Shown here: in pieces, positions 11,399 through 25,528 of the stretch
Numbering within the stretch: position 1 is the stretch's first letter
Layout: each line of letters starts with the position of its first letter
NCBI GenBank assembly: GCA_951406725.2
Contig: OX597818.1
Span: 98,828,001 to 98,892,000 of the forward strand
Direction: 5' to 3'
DNA: 64,000 nt
Origin: Octopus vulgaris
Taxonomy: Eukaryota
Program-made: the position numbers and the translations under genes
The notes under the pieces: generated by a model
The model's input: the letters and a program-made list of their open reading frames with translations, nothing else
Databases searched by the model: none
What the model was told of the DNA's origin: nothing

Positions 11399-12926
11399 AA
11401 AACAACTCTATGATGGAACAGAGCAGTTTGCTAAAGCCCTTGTCAAGCAAGGAATCAAGAAAGGTGATCGAATTGCCCTCTGTGTATCGAACTGTGTTGA
11501 GTGGATGGTATATGACAGCGGTATTATGATGGCAGGAGGGTGTTCGGTGAGACTCTGGGCCGGACAAGCTGATTTCTTACCCATGCTAGAAGATTGTGTG
11601 GCAATAATTTTTGACTCAGACCCAACATTTCACAGTAAATTACTTAAGGTAGCAGATGTTTTCGAAAATGGTAATGTAGTCAGTGAAGTTTTTCCAAATC
11701 TACGTTTAGCCATTAATGTTTCGAAAACAAAATCATCGATTAAAGGTTTATGTTATGATAAGTTGATAGAAAAGGTACAAAATGATATAAGTATCATTCT
11801 TCCTCGCATGGAGGCCGAAGATATCACAATTATTTCACAAACATCTGGAACAACAGGAAAACCTAAGCGGGTTACTCATAGCAGCTTTGATATCATTAAT
11901 GCTTCGGAAGTTTATTGTAAAGAACTTGGTTTAACTGAAAATGATGGATTTTTCAATGAACGTTATTTTGGTTTTGGTGGGTCATACCCTCTCTCATTTA
12001 TAGCGACTGGGCTGAAATATGTCTCTGCAGATATATGTAGCTTAAATGCCCCAAAAGACTTCACCAAACTGAATGAAATCTTGAAAAATGAAGGATGCAA
12101 AAAGATTGCTTTAATGCCGTCAGATTTACATTTCTGTCCAGAAAAGGAAAATATGATGGATTTCGTTATGATAGCAGGTGACATGACATCCTTAGATAAT
12201 ATAAAGCGTGGTTTATCTTGGTCAACATTAATCGATCATTTTATGGCCACTGCTGAAACTCTAATAATTGGTCATAAGAGTTTCACGAAAGACAACGTTG
12301 ATAGTTATGTTCCTGGAATAATTGGCCGACCATTTCCAGATATGGAAGTAAAACTTGTGGATGATAATAACACAATTGTCGACATCGGCGAAGAAGGTTA
12401 TTTATGTGTGCGAGCTGTATGGTGCTCAAAAGTGAATGCTGACGGAGAATCAATTCTAGACAAAGGATGGTTTAAGACAACAGATATTTGTAAAATGACT
12501 GAGAATAAGGAAATAATTTTGTACGGCAAAGACGTTGACTTCATAACAAAGTCAGCTAGAAGAGTATCAATTAGATTTGTTGAGCAGCGTATGTTGCGTT
12601 ACCCTGACGTTGACGACGTTGTTGTTGTCCCTGTACCAGATGAAGTACATGGGTCAAACATTTGTGCTTGTCTAATTATGAAGCATGGTACAAAAATGCA
12701 TGAAGCCTCAATGTTTCAATTCTGCAACGAAAATCTGCCTCAGCCAAATAATTTTGACAACATTTCGTCTACTCCAGATTATTTTCTAGAGTTTGACAAA
12801 TTTCCTAAACTTGGAAATGGAAAAGTTGATAGATGTTCAATGAAAAACTTAGCGATTGATCGTTTAATCCAGAAACAAGGTCTCAATCGTCCATGTTTGA
12901 AATCTCAATGCAAAATTGCCCAATAA
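11399..12926 (+). CDS. ANL/acyl-CoA synthetase-like paralog 1, coding exon 2 (557 aa spliced)
   Basis: Acceptor ttggcag at 11398 and phase-2 join to KQLYD..GIKKGDRIAL. P-loop QTSGTTGKPKR, GRPFP, GYLCVR, GWFKTTD, PKLGNGKVDR; stop TAA. Confidence 0.93.
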
Positions 12927-13243
12927 AATGAAGAGCGTAGAGTTCAATTTCATCCGTTTCATATGTTTTGGATATAAAAAAAATTCTAATTAGGAAACAA
13001 AATCTACATTTAATCAGGAATAAAAATTAACAGCCGAATTAAGCTATCGCTATGATACATTTTAATTAATTAAACTAGTTTTTTTCTACTATTGAATTAT
13101 ATTAGACAAATTTGGTTGATTAATAATTGTTACATCATACTTTAAATTTGTTAATCACTTTGATAACGTTTTACCTTTATTGCAATTATCATTTATAACC
13201 AGATTCAGAGTAAATTATTTATTGTAATGTTTCTTCTTGTATT

Positions 13244-13249
13244 AATAAA
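13244..13249 (+). terminator. putative poly(A) signal, paralog 1
   Basis: AATAAA in a context (catttataac...AATAAAa.tatt) conserved in all three paralog 3' regions. Confidence 0.55.
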
Positions 13250-13537
13250 AGTATTCAATGTAATATTGGGTTGTATCGTTTTTTTTATATTTTGTAAAAT
13301 AATAAAACCAAATCTTATCGCTAATAAGTTAACAGCTAGAATCTTATAGATATAAATGTTACACATAATCCTGTAATAACAGAACAAAACGTGAGTAAAG
13401 ATCTGAATTGGGAAACAAATCCCTAATCTAGCATTAAATATATATAAGAATACACTGTTATCCGACTTAGCCGAAATGCTGTATCATTAAAGGAAATAAA
13501 TATCGGTATAATTAAGTCAGTTTTAAGTCTGGCTAAT

Positions 13538-13837
13538 GTGGAGGCACATGGCCTAGTGGTTAGAGCAACGGACTCGCGGTCGATGGATCGCCGGTTCGAA
13601 TCTCAGACCGGGCGATGTGTGTGTTTATGAGTGAAACGCCTAAGCTCCACGCGGCTCCGGCAGAAGGTAATGGCGAACTTCTCCTGACTCTTTCGCCACA
13701 ACTTTCTCTCACTCATGCATCTTGCAGCTCACCTGCGACGGACCGGCATCCCGTCCAGGTGGGGAACCTATACACCAAGGAAACTGGGAAACCGGCCCTA
13801 TGAGCCAGGCGTGGCTCGAGAAGGAACAAGCAACATA
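13538..13837 (+). mobile_element. SINE family B with 10-bp TSD
   Basis: A box tggcctagtgg, B box ggttcgaatc; flanked by direct repeat tctggctaat. Confidence 0.9.
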
Positions 13838-14304
13838 TCTGGCTAATATCAAATCATGAAGCTTATCGAATTTTTTTGTGGTTAGTTATAATTGTGGTTA
13901 GTTATAATATGAATAAGTATTTTATGTATGATTGCATCTGTGAGATTCTACGATTCGTGTTTATCCCTAAACTCATTACGCTGCATGCCTACGAAAATTA
14001 TTAACATTTATTTTAAACATGTTTTTATTTACATCCAACATTTCAAGTAAGTTTTTTGGATACTCTTCATAATAACTCTATTCTAACGTCACATCAGTAC
14101 TTAAAATATTACACCAATTCTTTCTTTGTGCTGCGGACTATATACAGAGAAAGAAATAGGTACTTTTAGTTATTGACTAATAATATTTGTCCCTTGCCGC
14201 ATTATTTCGTGCTTTAGCTGTTTAATACTCTCCGCAGAAAATATGCTAAAACACCACGTAAACTATTGTTGTGATGTAGATAATGTCGCAGTATCGTTTT
14301 ATTG

Positions 14305-16700
14305 TCCCCGGTAGCACCACCAGACCTAGGATTTATCTATAGTTACCCATGGTTCCTGGACCGAACATCCTCCAGACAGGTCAGTTGATTCTTACCGACA
14401 TCTAGAGTTTTCCTTTTCAGAGAACGTCGTTGCTCTCTGTACACTTGTCTTCTAAATAACGACAACCTGGAAATTTCACTGGCAACATTATCTGAGAAGA
14501 AGAGGGCTGACAACGTTTAAGATATCAGCTGCCTATTCTTGGTGCTCGCTTGACCCAGGATTGCAGTTCTATCAAAGAAATAAACTGTGTGCAAAAATAT
14601 GAGTGACAAAAGAATAACATGCCTACTCTCAGTATAGGAATCTTTCTACATGCAGCAGCCTCAGCGCATGTTCATGCATTAACTTATATGGCGTACCGAG
14701 CCCTCTGCTTCCCGGACATTGACAGGAGATGACCCATCTAGTGAGTGGAACGCAGGTCTTCCACAATAAGTTACAAAGCAGATGCCCGAACATGGTTAGA
14801 CGGAAAAAGGACAAGGTACGACGGCAGCATATAACGGTGGTTACGTCTACATTGACCATCTCTGTTTAACTTTTCAAGGATAGCTTCCTTTCAGCCTATT
14901 TCTGAGCACTCGGCTAATAACCTCCTCCCAATTCCTAGCCACATGGTGGTTGAGATCGAACTAGACCACAAGAAACTTAACAGGATTACACGCCTTGTGC
15001 ACCACAACGCTTATTGATGTCATAGGCTTTCGTCATCCTGTGCTGAGTAGCATGACCACCCCATTGTCCTGATTGATTTTTGTTCTTATTCCTTTCGAAT
15101 GATGCTGACCAACTCGATTTCTGTCGTATCCACTATTATTATGATGACATAGCTCTTCCGTATTCCAGTTCAAACGGGCGACTCTTAAACAACGCTAATG
15201 TCTGTGTTAGTGACTCAATAATTCTTACATAGAGAAGCGGTGAAAGAACACACCCATAAGAGATCTGAACTACCTCCGACAGTTGGCTACCAATGAGCAA
15301 ACCTTGCTATAAATTGAAGCGCTCCAGCCTTTAAGGACAGGACCAAAACCAGATGATTTGAGAACAACCTTCAAGTAGTGATGGCTGGTCTTTCAAAAGC
15401 TTTCAATTAATCCAGGTTCATCACAGACCCACCGACATTCTGTATAATTTATCATAAGAGGTGGATAGATTTGACTGGGATTTAGCACGTTAGTACTTTT
15501 CCCACCACGAATTTCACTAGAACCTAAATCAAAATCTTAAATTCTGCATTTGGAGGAGTTGTGTAGAAAACTATAGATTGTATCCCCTTGGTTTTTGTCA
15601 TTCTTGTGCAGCCTTAGTGTTTCCAAACTTATGTAACAGATTATTTACTTTCTAAGCTGCCAAGTCCAAGTACCTGATAGTAAAGTACCTGAAAGCAAGT
15701 ACGTGATAGCAAACAAATCATTAATATTTACGTAAAGCTGTAGGGAAGACCATGTATACCAGGCAATCTGCGCCTCCTATAACTAGTCATCACATCCTCT
15801 ATCTCGGGTTTTTTTCGTGTTTTTCCAGTAAAATCCACCTCACTCTCCGTCCCACCATTCGCCACGAAAAGTTGACTCAAGTGCCGCTGGAAACCGTACA
15901 TGTCTACTCGAACTTGTGTAGCACGCTTCTATTCAGGTCTATCAAAGACTGAAATGTGGTTTTGTTGCCACGTTGCACTCCTGCAATCTGGGCCTTTCTT
16001 CTTGTGCCTTAGGGCACCTACTTTAAATCTGACAACGCAACCTTCGCGCCGACAACTAGTCGGTTGCGATGCCTTTAGTAATTGACTCTTCTAATTTATT
16101 CAGTAATTCCCCCTCCAATCTATTTTACGCAGCTATTTCTTCGCCAAAACTTAACCATTATACTCTAATTGCCTCCCTCGGAATGCTATCTCCAGTGATT
16201 ATTTGTCGAGAAGACCAAACTGATTGGCCTTCCGCAGAACTTATGTGTGTAACCACTTTAGTAGCGTTCTCCGACAAATGTGAAATACCTCTTAAACAAA
16301 GTGAAATCCTGTCTCTGTAGGCTTTACACGACGTGAACGACACGTTCAGATTCCAACAGCCAGGTCTCTGTGCACGAGTTCTGTCTAGGTCGACCATGCA
16401 GTTCACTAAACTGTAATCAGCGGAGCCGATCGATTAAATTTGTGAACATTCTACATTATCCTTATCTACTGAATGAATAAATACTCTGTCTTGATGATGT
16501 CTAGATGACCCAATATGATTACTTCACATTTACGACTGGGATATTCATGAAATACAGTCGGTGCCTACCAAACACGCGGAAACGTCTGAGCTGATTACGA
16601 GGCTTTTACACCCCACTCTTCTTTCGAATAACCCCACACAATTCCATTCAGTGTCTGAGATACCATTCCATTTGCTCAATAGTATTATAGCACAGGCCGT
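14305..16700 (-). mobile_element. decayed L1/Tx1-clade LINE (ORF2 fragments)
   Basis: DLDRTRAQRPGCWNLNVSF (WKLN linker) and RT remnants; colinear with 37330-39260. Confidence 0.7.
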
Positions 16701-17332
16701 TCTAAGGTATACACCCTGATGTCAAGGTATTCAATGAGAAGTTAATGACTTTGGGTAAAAGAAAATGTAGAAAATAAACGGTCTTTATCAACATAATTCC
16801 TTTTCAGCGATCCTTCAGTTTTTCTCGACTCTGTAAAAGAACTCGAAAAGTTGAACCTCCAACCAGATCTTTCGCGATACCCTTAAAGCCAGAAACTTTT
16901 CAGTACTTCCTAGTAGATGGTCACAAGCTTAAAAGTACTACCTTAGCTGTTGTACGTATCCAAGACAACTGACTTACCACCCTAAAGTAGCTAAACACAT
17001 TAGCTCTGTGGAAGGCCAACCAGTTCGGTCTTCTCGACAATTGAATGACGTTCCTTGGAGTTCAACCTCTTACCTCTCAACGTTTAAGAGTTCACTCTCT
17101 TACCTCTCGCATAAGCTTTGAACAGCAGCTGCAAATTTTAACGTTAAGCTTCTTCAAGAGTTCTCCGTTAATCAAACTGTTTATGTTAGCGCTATTTGTA
17201 TTTTGTAGTTGTTGATGCCTCCTCTTCTCTGTGTAGTCTGTTTTCGAATAAATGATATTTTGTGTATACCATTAACACATAATTGCTTTAGTTAACAACA
17301 CTGAAATTAAAAGCTTGGATTTTATGTATACT

Positions 17333-17562
17333 TATTTCTTTACTGCCCACAAGTGACTAAACACGGAGGGGACAAACAAGGACAGACAAATGGATTAAGT
17401 CGATTACATCGGCCCCAGTGCGAAACTGGTACTTATTTATCGACCCCGAAAGGATGAAAGGCAAAGTCGACCTCGGCGAAATTTGAACTCAGAAAGTACC
17501 GGCAGACGAAGTACCGCTAAGCATTTCGCCCAGCGTGCTAACGTTTCTGCCAGCTCGCCGCC
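17333..17562 (-). mobile_element. SINE family A
   Basis: Full-length family A copy; another lies at ~18173-18381. Confidence 0.9.
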
Positions 17563-18384
17563 TTGTATATTTTATGTATACTTGGTTGCTTTTGTTTGTG
17601 GATTTTCCTGCTGTTGTTGGCGTAGTTGTGGTTATTGGCGGGGTAGTGTTGGAGGCTTTGCTGTTTTGGTGTCGTTGATGAAGATTTCCGGGTTCTCTAT
17701 CTCCTCATTGATATTGTTGCCTTATTTTTCTGGAGTAAGGGTTTTCTTTTCTGTATTCCCTCTCCTTGTCCTTGACGGGTACACATTGACCGAATATTTA
17801 AACTTCACATCGTCGCATGACTGATTTTGGCAGTTTGGGAGGTTTGTTCATGAGAAGAGAAATATCGTTATTATACACCTGCTCCTTCTTTACTGATGAA
17901 TTCAAATGAAAATAGAAGAGCACATACGTGGCCGTGTAATATAAAGTTTGTTTCTCTAACGTACAGTTCCGAGTTCAGTCCCACAGCATGATACCTTGGT
18001 CAAGTCTCTTTTACTATAGCTCTGGCCGGCCAAAGCCTGGTGAGAGGATCTGGTAAATCGCAGCTGAGACAAACCAATTGTATATATATATCTATGTGTG
18101 TGTGTTGTTGTGTTTGTCCATCCCCCACTGTTGAGAAGAGAAACTTGATTTACTTCTTCGACGCTTACATTTCTTTTCTACTATAGGAACATGGCCTGGA
18201 ATTTGGTAGAGGGGGATAGTCGATTTCATCGACCCCAGTGCGTAACTGGTACTTATTTCATCAACCCCGAAAGGATGAAAGGCAAAATCGACCTCGGTGG
18301 AATTTGAACTCAGAATGTAGCGACGGGCGAAATACTGCAAAGAATTTCGCCTAGCGTGTTAACGATTCTGCCAGCTCGCCGTAG

Positions 18385-18856
18385 GTAGGGTAGCTGACTG
18401 CTTATTGTGATCATTCGTCTTTTGGTTTCCTGTAGCTTTGCTCCCTTTCACAAACCCAGTGAACATACATATATTTCCTATTTCAAAGAAATTCAAACAA
18501 GACCGACCCAAGTTAAAAAGATTCTCAACAATTCAACTTCTCTGGTTGACACACACACCCAATAGGGGCCTTAACTCCCACATTTTAGAGGTTCATGACC
18601 TCCATTTTTCAGGAGCAAAATCCTTCTAAGAGGTTCTATAAGACTGGAATTTTGGAATCTGCGCATAAAACCAGTAGTATGGGATACATGCGTCATGATT
18701 ACAATTTTTTTAGAGTGTGTAATGAGGGAGAGAACCTCATCTGAAATTTTGATGAAATTCAAATCATAGGTATTCCTATTCATTACAGAAAATATAACAG
18801 AAAAGTCTAATTCTTCAATTGCATGTAACACGGGCAATGCCGAGTATCTCTGCTAG
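18385..18856 (+). mobile_element. Helitron-like 3' segment
   Basis: Homologous to 4300-4610; ends cgggcaatgccgag-tatctctg-CTAG|T. Confidence 0.6.
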
Positions 18857-18943
18857 TATATAAACATATATATATATATATATATATATTCTTGTTATGT
18901 TTCAGCTGTGGCCATGATGGGGCACCATATGTATGTATGTAAG

Positions 18944-19007
<64 letters not shown>

Positions 19008-19389
19008 TATATGTACATGCATGTGTTTTTGTATATAGGCATATGCGTAATTGAGTGAACGTACACGATGATAGGAACTGAGTGGGGTAGAGCAACGTGA
19101 AATGTGTTGTTTTTCTCGAGAAAACAACGCATAGCTCGATCCTGAAATTGAAACCGCAATCTTACAATCACGAGTCTAACACTCAACCACTAAGCAACGC
19201 CTCTCCATGAATGCACATGCATCACCAGTGTGTGTGTGTGTATGTGTGTGTGTGTGTGTGTGCGTGTGAGTGCGTGTGTATATGTGTGTGCACATATATA
19301 TATATATGTACACACACATATACATACGCCTATATATATAATACGTATATGTATTTCTATATATATATATACATATATATATATATTCT

Positions 19390-19838
19390 TTTACTCTTTT
19401 ACGCTTTTAGTTGTTTCAGTCATTCGACGGCGGCCATACTGGAGCACAGCCTTTAGTCGAGAAAATCGACCCAAGGACTTATTCTTTGTAAGCCTAGTAC
19501 TTATTCTATCAGTCTCTTTTGCCGAACCGCTAAGTTACGGGGACGTAAACACACCAGCATCGGTTATCAAGCGACGTTGTAGGGTGACAAACACAGGCGC
19601 ACAAACACACACACACATACACACACACACACACACTCACATACACACACACACATATATATATATACATATACGCGACGGGCTTCTTTCGGTTTCCGTT
19701 TACCAAATCCACTCACAAGGCTTTGGTCGACCCGAGGCTATAGCAGAAGACACTTGCCCAAGGTGCCATGTAGTGGGACAGAACCCGGAACCATGTGTTT
19801 CGCAAGCAAGCTACTTACCACACAGCCACTCCTGCGCC
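19390..19838 (-). mobile_element. SINE family C
   Basis: Homologous to 4611-5130. Confidence 0.85.
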
Positions 19839-20043
19839 TATATACTCATTACTCTTTTACTCTTTTACTTGTTTCAGTCATTTGACTGTGACCATGCTAG
19901 AGCACCGCATTTACTCGAGCAAATCGACCCTATGATTTATCCTTTGTAAGCCTAGTACTTATTAAAGCGATGTTGAGGGGGCAAACATAGACACACAAAC
20001 ACACACACCTATATGTATTTATATATATATATATATATATATA

Positions 20044-20118
<75 letters not shown>

Positions 20119-20121
<3 letters not shown>

Positions 20122-20951
20122 CGCAGGAGTGGCTGTGTGGTAAGTAGCTTGCTTACGAACCACATGGTTCCGGGTTCATTCCCACTGCGTGGCACGTTAG
20201 GCAAGTGTCTTCTGCTATTGCCTCGGGCCGACCAAAGCCTTGTGAGTGGATTTGGTAGACCGAAACTGAAAGAAGCCCGTCGTATATATGTATATATGTA
20301 TACATATATATGTATATATATGTGTATATCTATATATATAAAACTGTAGTTGTGTGAGTGTCTGTCCCCTTCGATTTAGATTCCTAACTACTCCCACATT
20401 TTGCGGTGCAGTTTAACCAAATTCGGGTATCTTATAGGCGTGATTATATCGAGCCCATCTGGGTATTAGCGCGCGTCTACGATGAGTCTACGATTTTAAA
20501 AATAATTTAACATAATTTTTTATTCCATTTTAATGCATATTTTTTCGTGTGTCGATGGCGGCGGAGTTGGCGTCCACGCTCACACCTGTGTTGCTTCTCC
20601 CCCTTCGTCCCTCCCTCGTGAAGCTGTGGGGAAGGGAGTGTAAGGAAATCAACGTCGTAAAGCGTTGTCAAGGAGACCAGCGTTCTTTTAGAACAACGAC
20701 TTCATGGCTTGAAGACACCAAATCAGAAAATGTCTACGATGAGTCAACGATTTAAAAAAAATTTACCATAATTTTTTTTCCTTTTTTTCAATGCATTTTT
20801 TTGCTATTTTTTGGCTATAACTCTCTAAAAATGCTTATATAGTTATTTCCCTTACAAACCCGAGCAACGCCGGGCGATACTGCTAGTACATATATATATT
20901 CATATATATATATATATATAGGGAGATGTACTCGCATCGCAAGTGATTTGA

Positions 20952-21032
<81 letters not shown>

Positions 21033-21265
21033 CACACATATATGTATGTGTGTGTATATGTTTGTGTGTCTATGTTTGTCCCCCCTAACATCGCTTGACA
21101 ACCGATGCTAGTGTGTTCACCTCCCTGTAACTTAGCGGTTCCGCAAAAGAGACCGATAGAATAAGTACTAAGATTAGAAAAAATAAGTACTGGGGCGATT
21201 TACTCGACTAAAGACGATGCTCCAGCATGGCCACAGTCAAATAACTGAAACAAGTAAAAGAGTAA
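20119..21265 (+). mobile_element. SINE family C interrupted by a Helitron
   Basis: Head at 20119-20283 and 3' half at ~21065-21265; another head lies at 21301-21464 (-). Confidence 0.8.
20329..20886 (+). mobile_element. non-autonomous Helitron
   Basis: A|TC 5' end (tctatatatataaaactg), 3' hairpin cccgagcaacgccggg and CTAG|T. Confidence 0.85.
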
Positions 21266-21869
21266 ATGAATATTAATATATATATATATATATATATATT
21301 CGACAGGCTTCTTTCAGTTTCCGTCTACCAAATCCACTCACAAGGCTTTGGATGGCCTGATGCTATAGTAGTAGACACTTGCCCAATGTGCCACACAGTA
21401 GGACTGAACCCGGAATCATGTGGTTCGTAAGCAAGCTAATTACCTCACAACCATTCCTACGCCTATATATATTTGTGTGTATGTATGTATGTATGTATGT
21501 ATGTATGTATGTATGTATGTATGTATGTATGTATGCATTTTTATGTTATTGTTATATATTTTAATGATTGTCAAATCATCAATTATTTTCACAGCTCATT
21601 AAAAATGATGGTACAGCAAAACAAATTAAATAAAAAATTGAAGCGTCCGTCTCTGAAAACGCATTATTTCAGAGTTACTGTGCTGAGACAATTATCTTCG
21701 GGTGTCTATTTTTTAATAGTTTTCTGTCTCATGAACACAATTCAACACACAAGGGTAGTGACAGGTACATACACGTGCATATATACGAAGTCGGTCACGC
21801 ATATCACGGTGCGCTTTGAATTTATATATAGATACTTGTCCATGTTATTGAGTATGAATGAAAAGGGTT

Positions 21870-22073
21870 AAGCATGAAATAGCTAATTATATTTATAAAC
21901 GTAGACAGCTTGGCATTTCAAACAAATTGATGAATTGACGCATAACAGTAAAAAAGAGAAAGGTGGTGAAAAGAGATGTAGCCACCCACCTCCTATACAG
22001 ATAACTATATATTTATAATGATTTTCCTATGAGTATGTCAATCAGCATTTTGAACAGAGCGTCTTCTAGTAAC
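21870..22073 (+). promoter_or_regulatory. putative promoter and short non-coding exon 1 of paralog 2
   Basis: Homologous to 6500-6680; TATA-like tatatttataa and donor gtatgc at 22074. Confidence 0.55.
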
Positions 22074-22289
22074 GTATGCCAATTTTTTTATTCAATGTAT
22101 TACTCTTTCTGTTATTTTTTTTGACATTGTTTTGATATTTTGGTGTATTTCTAAATCCTTCCAATTTATGTATGCTAACATAATTTGAGATAGAAATTCT
22201 TTTAAACGTTAATATCTAAGACAAAATTTGTAATTGTAGCAAGACCAAAATTAACTAGCGCAACTAAAGTTACTTCGCAGTCACTTTCA

Positions 22290-22408
<119 letters not shown>

Positions 22409-22439
22409 CTATCTCTCTCTGCATTAAATGTCTATATAT

Positions 22440-22750
22440 ATATTTATTATTTATGCGCCCTTTTCAAGCCTAGCCAGACTCATGGTTTCCCGGTTTCTGT
22501 GACGTATGTGTTCCCCCCAGCTGGACGGGACGCTGGTCCATCGCAGCATTATTCAAGAAACAGAGAGAGAGAGTGTGAGAAACTTGGGGCAAAAGAGTAC
22601 AACAGGGTTCGCCACCACCCCCTGCCGGAGCCTCGTGGAGCTTTAGGTGTTTTCGCTCAATAAACACGCACAACGCCCGGTCTGGGAATCGAAACCGCGA
22701 TCCTCCGACCGCGAGTCCGCTGCCCTAACCACTGGGCCATTGCGCCTCCA
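22440..22750 (-). mobile_element. SINE family B
   Basis: tRNA-like head; 3' half similar to 39814-40075. Confidence 0.85.
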
Positions 22751-23233
22751 CACACACACACACACACACGCACACACATACATACATACATACATACATA
22801 CATACATACATACATACATGCATACATATATATATGTATATGTATATATGTGTGTGCGTGTTTGTGTGTATGTATGCTTGTGTGCATGTGTGTGTATACA
22901 TCCTTATACATACATTTACATGTATAGAATTGCATTTTATCACAACAATTTACGTATCAATAATCAACTATACTATAATCTCATCTTACCATTGTCTTCA
23001 CAATTAACTATAATCTATTTATGACTCTAATGCATTGTGTGGGATCTTAAGACATCGACGTTTATTTACATGCACACATCAAGTTAGTATAAAATTATTC
23101 ATCTCGATCAAACGATAAGTCATGAATGATGTACCATTCCGGCTTATCTCCTATATATTTCTGGTTATCTTTGTCTCGTCAATGAATGCATGAATACAAT
23201 ATTTTGTTTCCCCCCACCCTTTTTTTTCCTATA

Positions 23234-23466
23234 CAGTAATCCCTCGACTATCGCGGGTGTTACGCTCCAAAACACCCCACGGTAGATGAAAATCCCCGAA
23301 GCAGAAACAGTACTGTACTGTATATTTTTTTAATCATTTTTATAATTTGTATATATCTATATTATAAATGCAAAATATCACCACAGAGGAATCGACGTAA
23401 GCTTAAACATTAAACCGCGATAGGCCAACCGCGAATGGTGAACCGCGATATGGTGAGGGTTTACTG
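23234..23466. mobile_element. pogo/Tigger-like MITE
   Basis: Imperfect ~23-bp TIRs (cagtaatccctcgactatcgcgg / ccgcgatatggtgagggtttactg) flanked by TA. Confidence 0.85.
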
Positions 23467-24309
23467 TACTCTTTATTCGCTATGTCTCTAGCTGAGTTCT
23501 CTCCGTTGCGAGTATTTAGGTCAGGTTTCCGATATGGACTTAATTTCCTTTCTTTTTCCCACCTGGAAGCCCTGAAAAATATTAATGGGGCCTGCTATTT
23601 CTCCTCTGACTTAGTTAATTAAAAAAAAAGTATGTATAAAGGAGCAGCAATTCTTACTCAAAGCATTGAAAAAAGTGAGGCTTTTTGTTATAACAGGCAG
23701 TTTGGAGCACATTCTTAGTGATTAATATGTCTTTATTATTGATAGGAATATATTCTGTCTATTGAGGTTCTTAATAAAATACAATAAAATGAACTAAGGT
23801 TCCTTATGTTCCTTATGAATTTGCTTTTATTCTTTTTGAATTACATTCCCAATAATTTTCGGAAAATGATGTTGTACCTAGAGCAAGATTCATGGGAGTC
23901 CTACATAAGGAGGGGTTATGCGGAATCCTTCTATAGAACAACATTGTTTCCAGGCTGTCCAACTGAGCGGCAATGGTTTACTCACTGTCACTCTTTAACT
24001 ACTGTCTTGCAAATCAATTGAGGGGTCTTATCTTGCGAGTAATTGGGGACATCGGTGATGTTTGGGGCACGGGGAAAGCATCCAGCACAACCAGTAAAAT
24101 AGTCGTTGTTAGGAAGTGCATCCTGCTGTAGAAACAAAAAGCTCTCGTGGGAGCCTGGTGCAGTTTTCTGGCTTGTCAGATTATTGTCGATGATGATGAA
24201 GGTGATGACGATGACGACGACAACGGCGACGACGATTATTGTTTGTATTTCATTAATTCCATTTTCGATCTTCAACAGTTTGAATGTCATCGCTTCTTTT
24301 AGTATTTCT

Positions 24310-24725
24310 TATTTCTTTACTGCCCACAAGGGGCTACACAAAAAATGGACAAACAAGGACAGACAAACGGATTAAGTCGATTATATCGACCCCAGTGCGT
24401 AACTGGTACTTATTTAATCGAACCCGAAAGGATGAAAGGCAAAGTCGACCTCGGCGGAATTTGAACTCAGAACGTAGCGACAGACGAAATACCTATTTCT
24501 TTACTACCCACAAGGGGCTAAACCCAGAGAGGACAAACAAGGACTGACAAACGGATTAAGTCGATTATATCGACCCCAGTGAGTAACTGGTACTTATTTA
24601 ATCGACCCAGAAATGATGAAAGGCAAAGTCGACCTCGGCGGAATCTGAACTCAGAACGTAACAGCGGACGAAAATACCGCTAAGCATTTCCCCTGGCGTG
24701 CAAACGTTTCTGCCAGCTCGCCGCC
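24310..24725 (-). mobile_element. SINE family A, tandem partial dimer
   Basis: Full copy followed by a second copy restarting at the internal gtatttcg motif. Confidence 0.9.
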
Positions 24726-25209
24726 TTTTTTAGTATTGTGGTACACAAAGCTATATATTGCAGTCTAGCCACTATTTAACCATTAAACGTGTGTGTGCTA
24801 TGAGCCTATAAGTGATATTTTTAAGTATATAATTTACTTTTAGCTTTCTGTCTTTACCACAAATATCAAAGACTTAGATGGACTCAGTTTACTTTTATCA
24901 GACAGCTACAATCGTGTTGAACAGAAAGCCGCACTTAACTTCTCCAGCTCTCCCCCCCCTCTCTCTCTCTTTCTCTCTCTCTCTCTTTCTCTCTCTCGCT
25001 CGCTCTCGCTTATTCATTTCCTCCCCCATAATTTTTCTACAATTTTCTCTGTCTCTTCTCCTTTCCCATTCTCGCAATCATTCTTCCTTTCAACTCCGAC
25101 AACAAAATTACTGTTTCATTAAATTATCAATGACTTTTACTGTCTTTCTCTTTTCAGAAACTTCTGAGGAATATAAATCTGAACAGTGAATTATCAAGTA
25201 TTGAATAAA

Positions 25210-25355
25210 ATGGCGAGTTATTATCACAGAATCAGTAATCGTCCTATGTGCAATGACACTATCCCCGGTAGATTAGGTAAATTCGCTAAAGCTAACCCAA
25301 ACAAAGAGGCAATTGTTTACTATGACAACAAATACCAACGAACCTCTATAACAAG
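25210..25355 (+). CDS. ANL/acyl-CoA synthetase-like paralog 2, coding exon 1
   Basis: Acceptor ttttcag at 25157, in-frame TGA at 25165, ATG 25210, donor gtatgt at 25356. Confidence 0.9.
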
Positions 25356-25484
25356 GTATGTGCTACTATTTTTGCTATTATTTTTTTAAATCATTTAATC
25401 TCTTAATATATTCAATCATTCGAGTGCAACCATGCTGTGGCGTCGTCTTGGAGAGTTATTAGTCAAATGAATCGAGCACAGTAC

Positions 25485-25524
<40 letters not shown>

Positions 25525-25528
25525 CATT

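Noticed and set aside
11352-12184. Minus-strand ORFs repeated at paralogs 1 and 2
   Set aside because: Antisense shadows of the duplicated coding exon.
12900-12926. Possible C-terminal CaaX or PTS1 signals (CKIAQ, KHFC, CAKTK)
   Set aside because: Cys is not at -4, there is no SKL-like tripeptide, and the tails are not conserved among paralogs.
11505-12926. Recent bacterial transfer or contamination as the source of the long single-exon ORFs
   Set aside because: The genes have GT-AG introns, poly(A) signals and host-like AT content, and sit among host repeats; only an ancient origin remains open.
13538-13615. tRNA-like sequences with A and B boxes
   Set aside because: They are heads of multi-copy SINEs with bodies, tails and TSDs, not tRNA genes.
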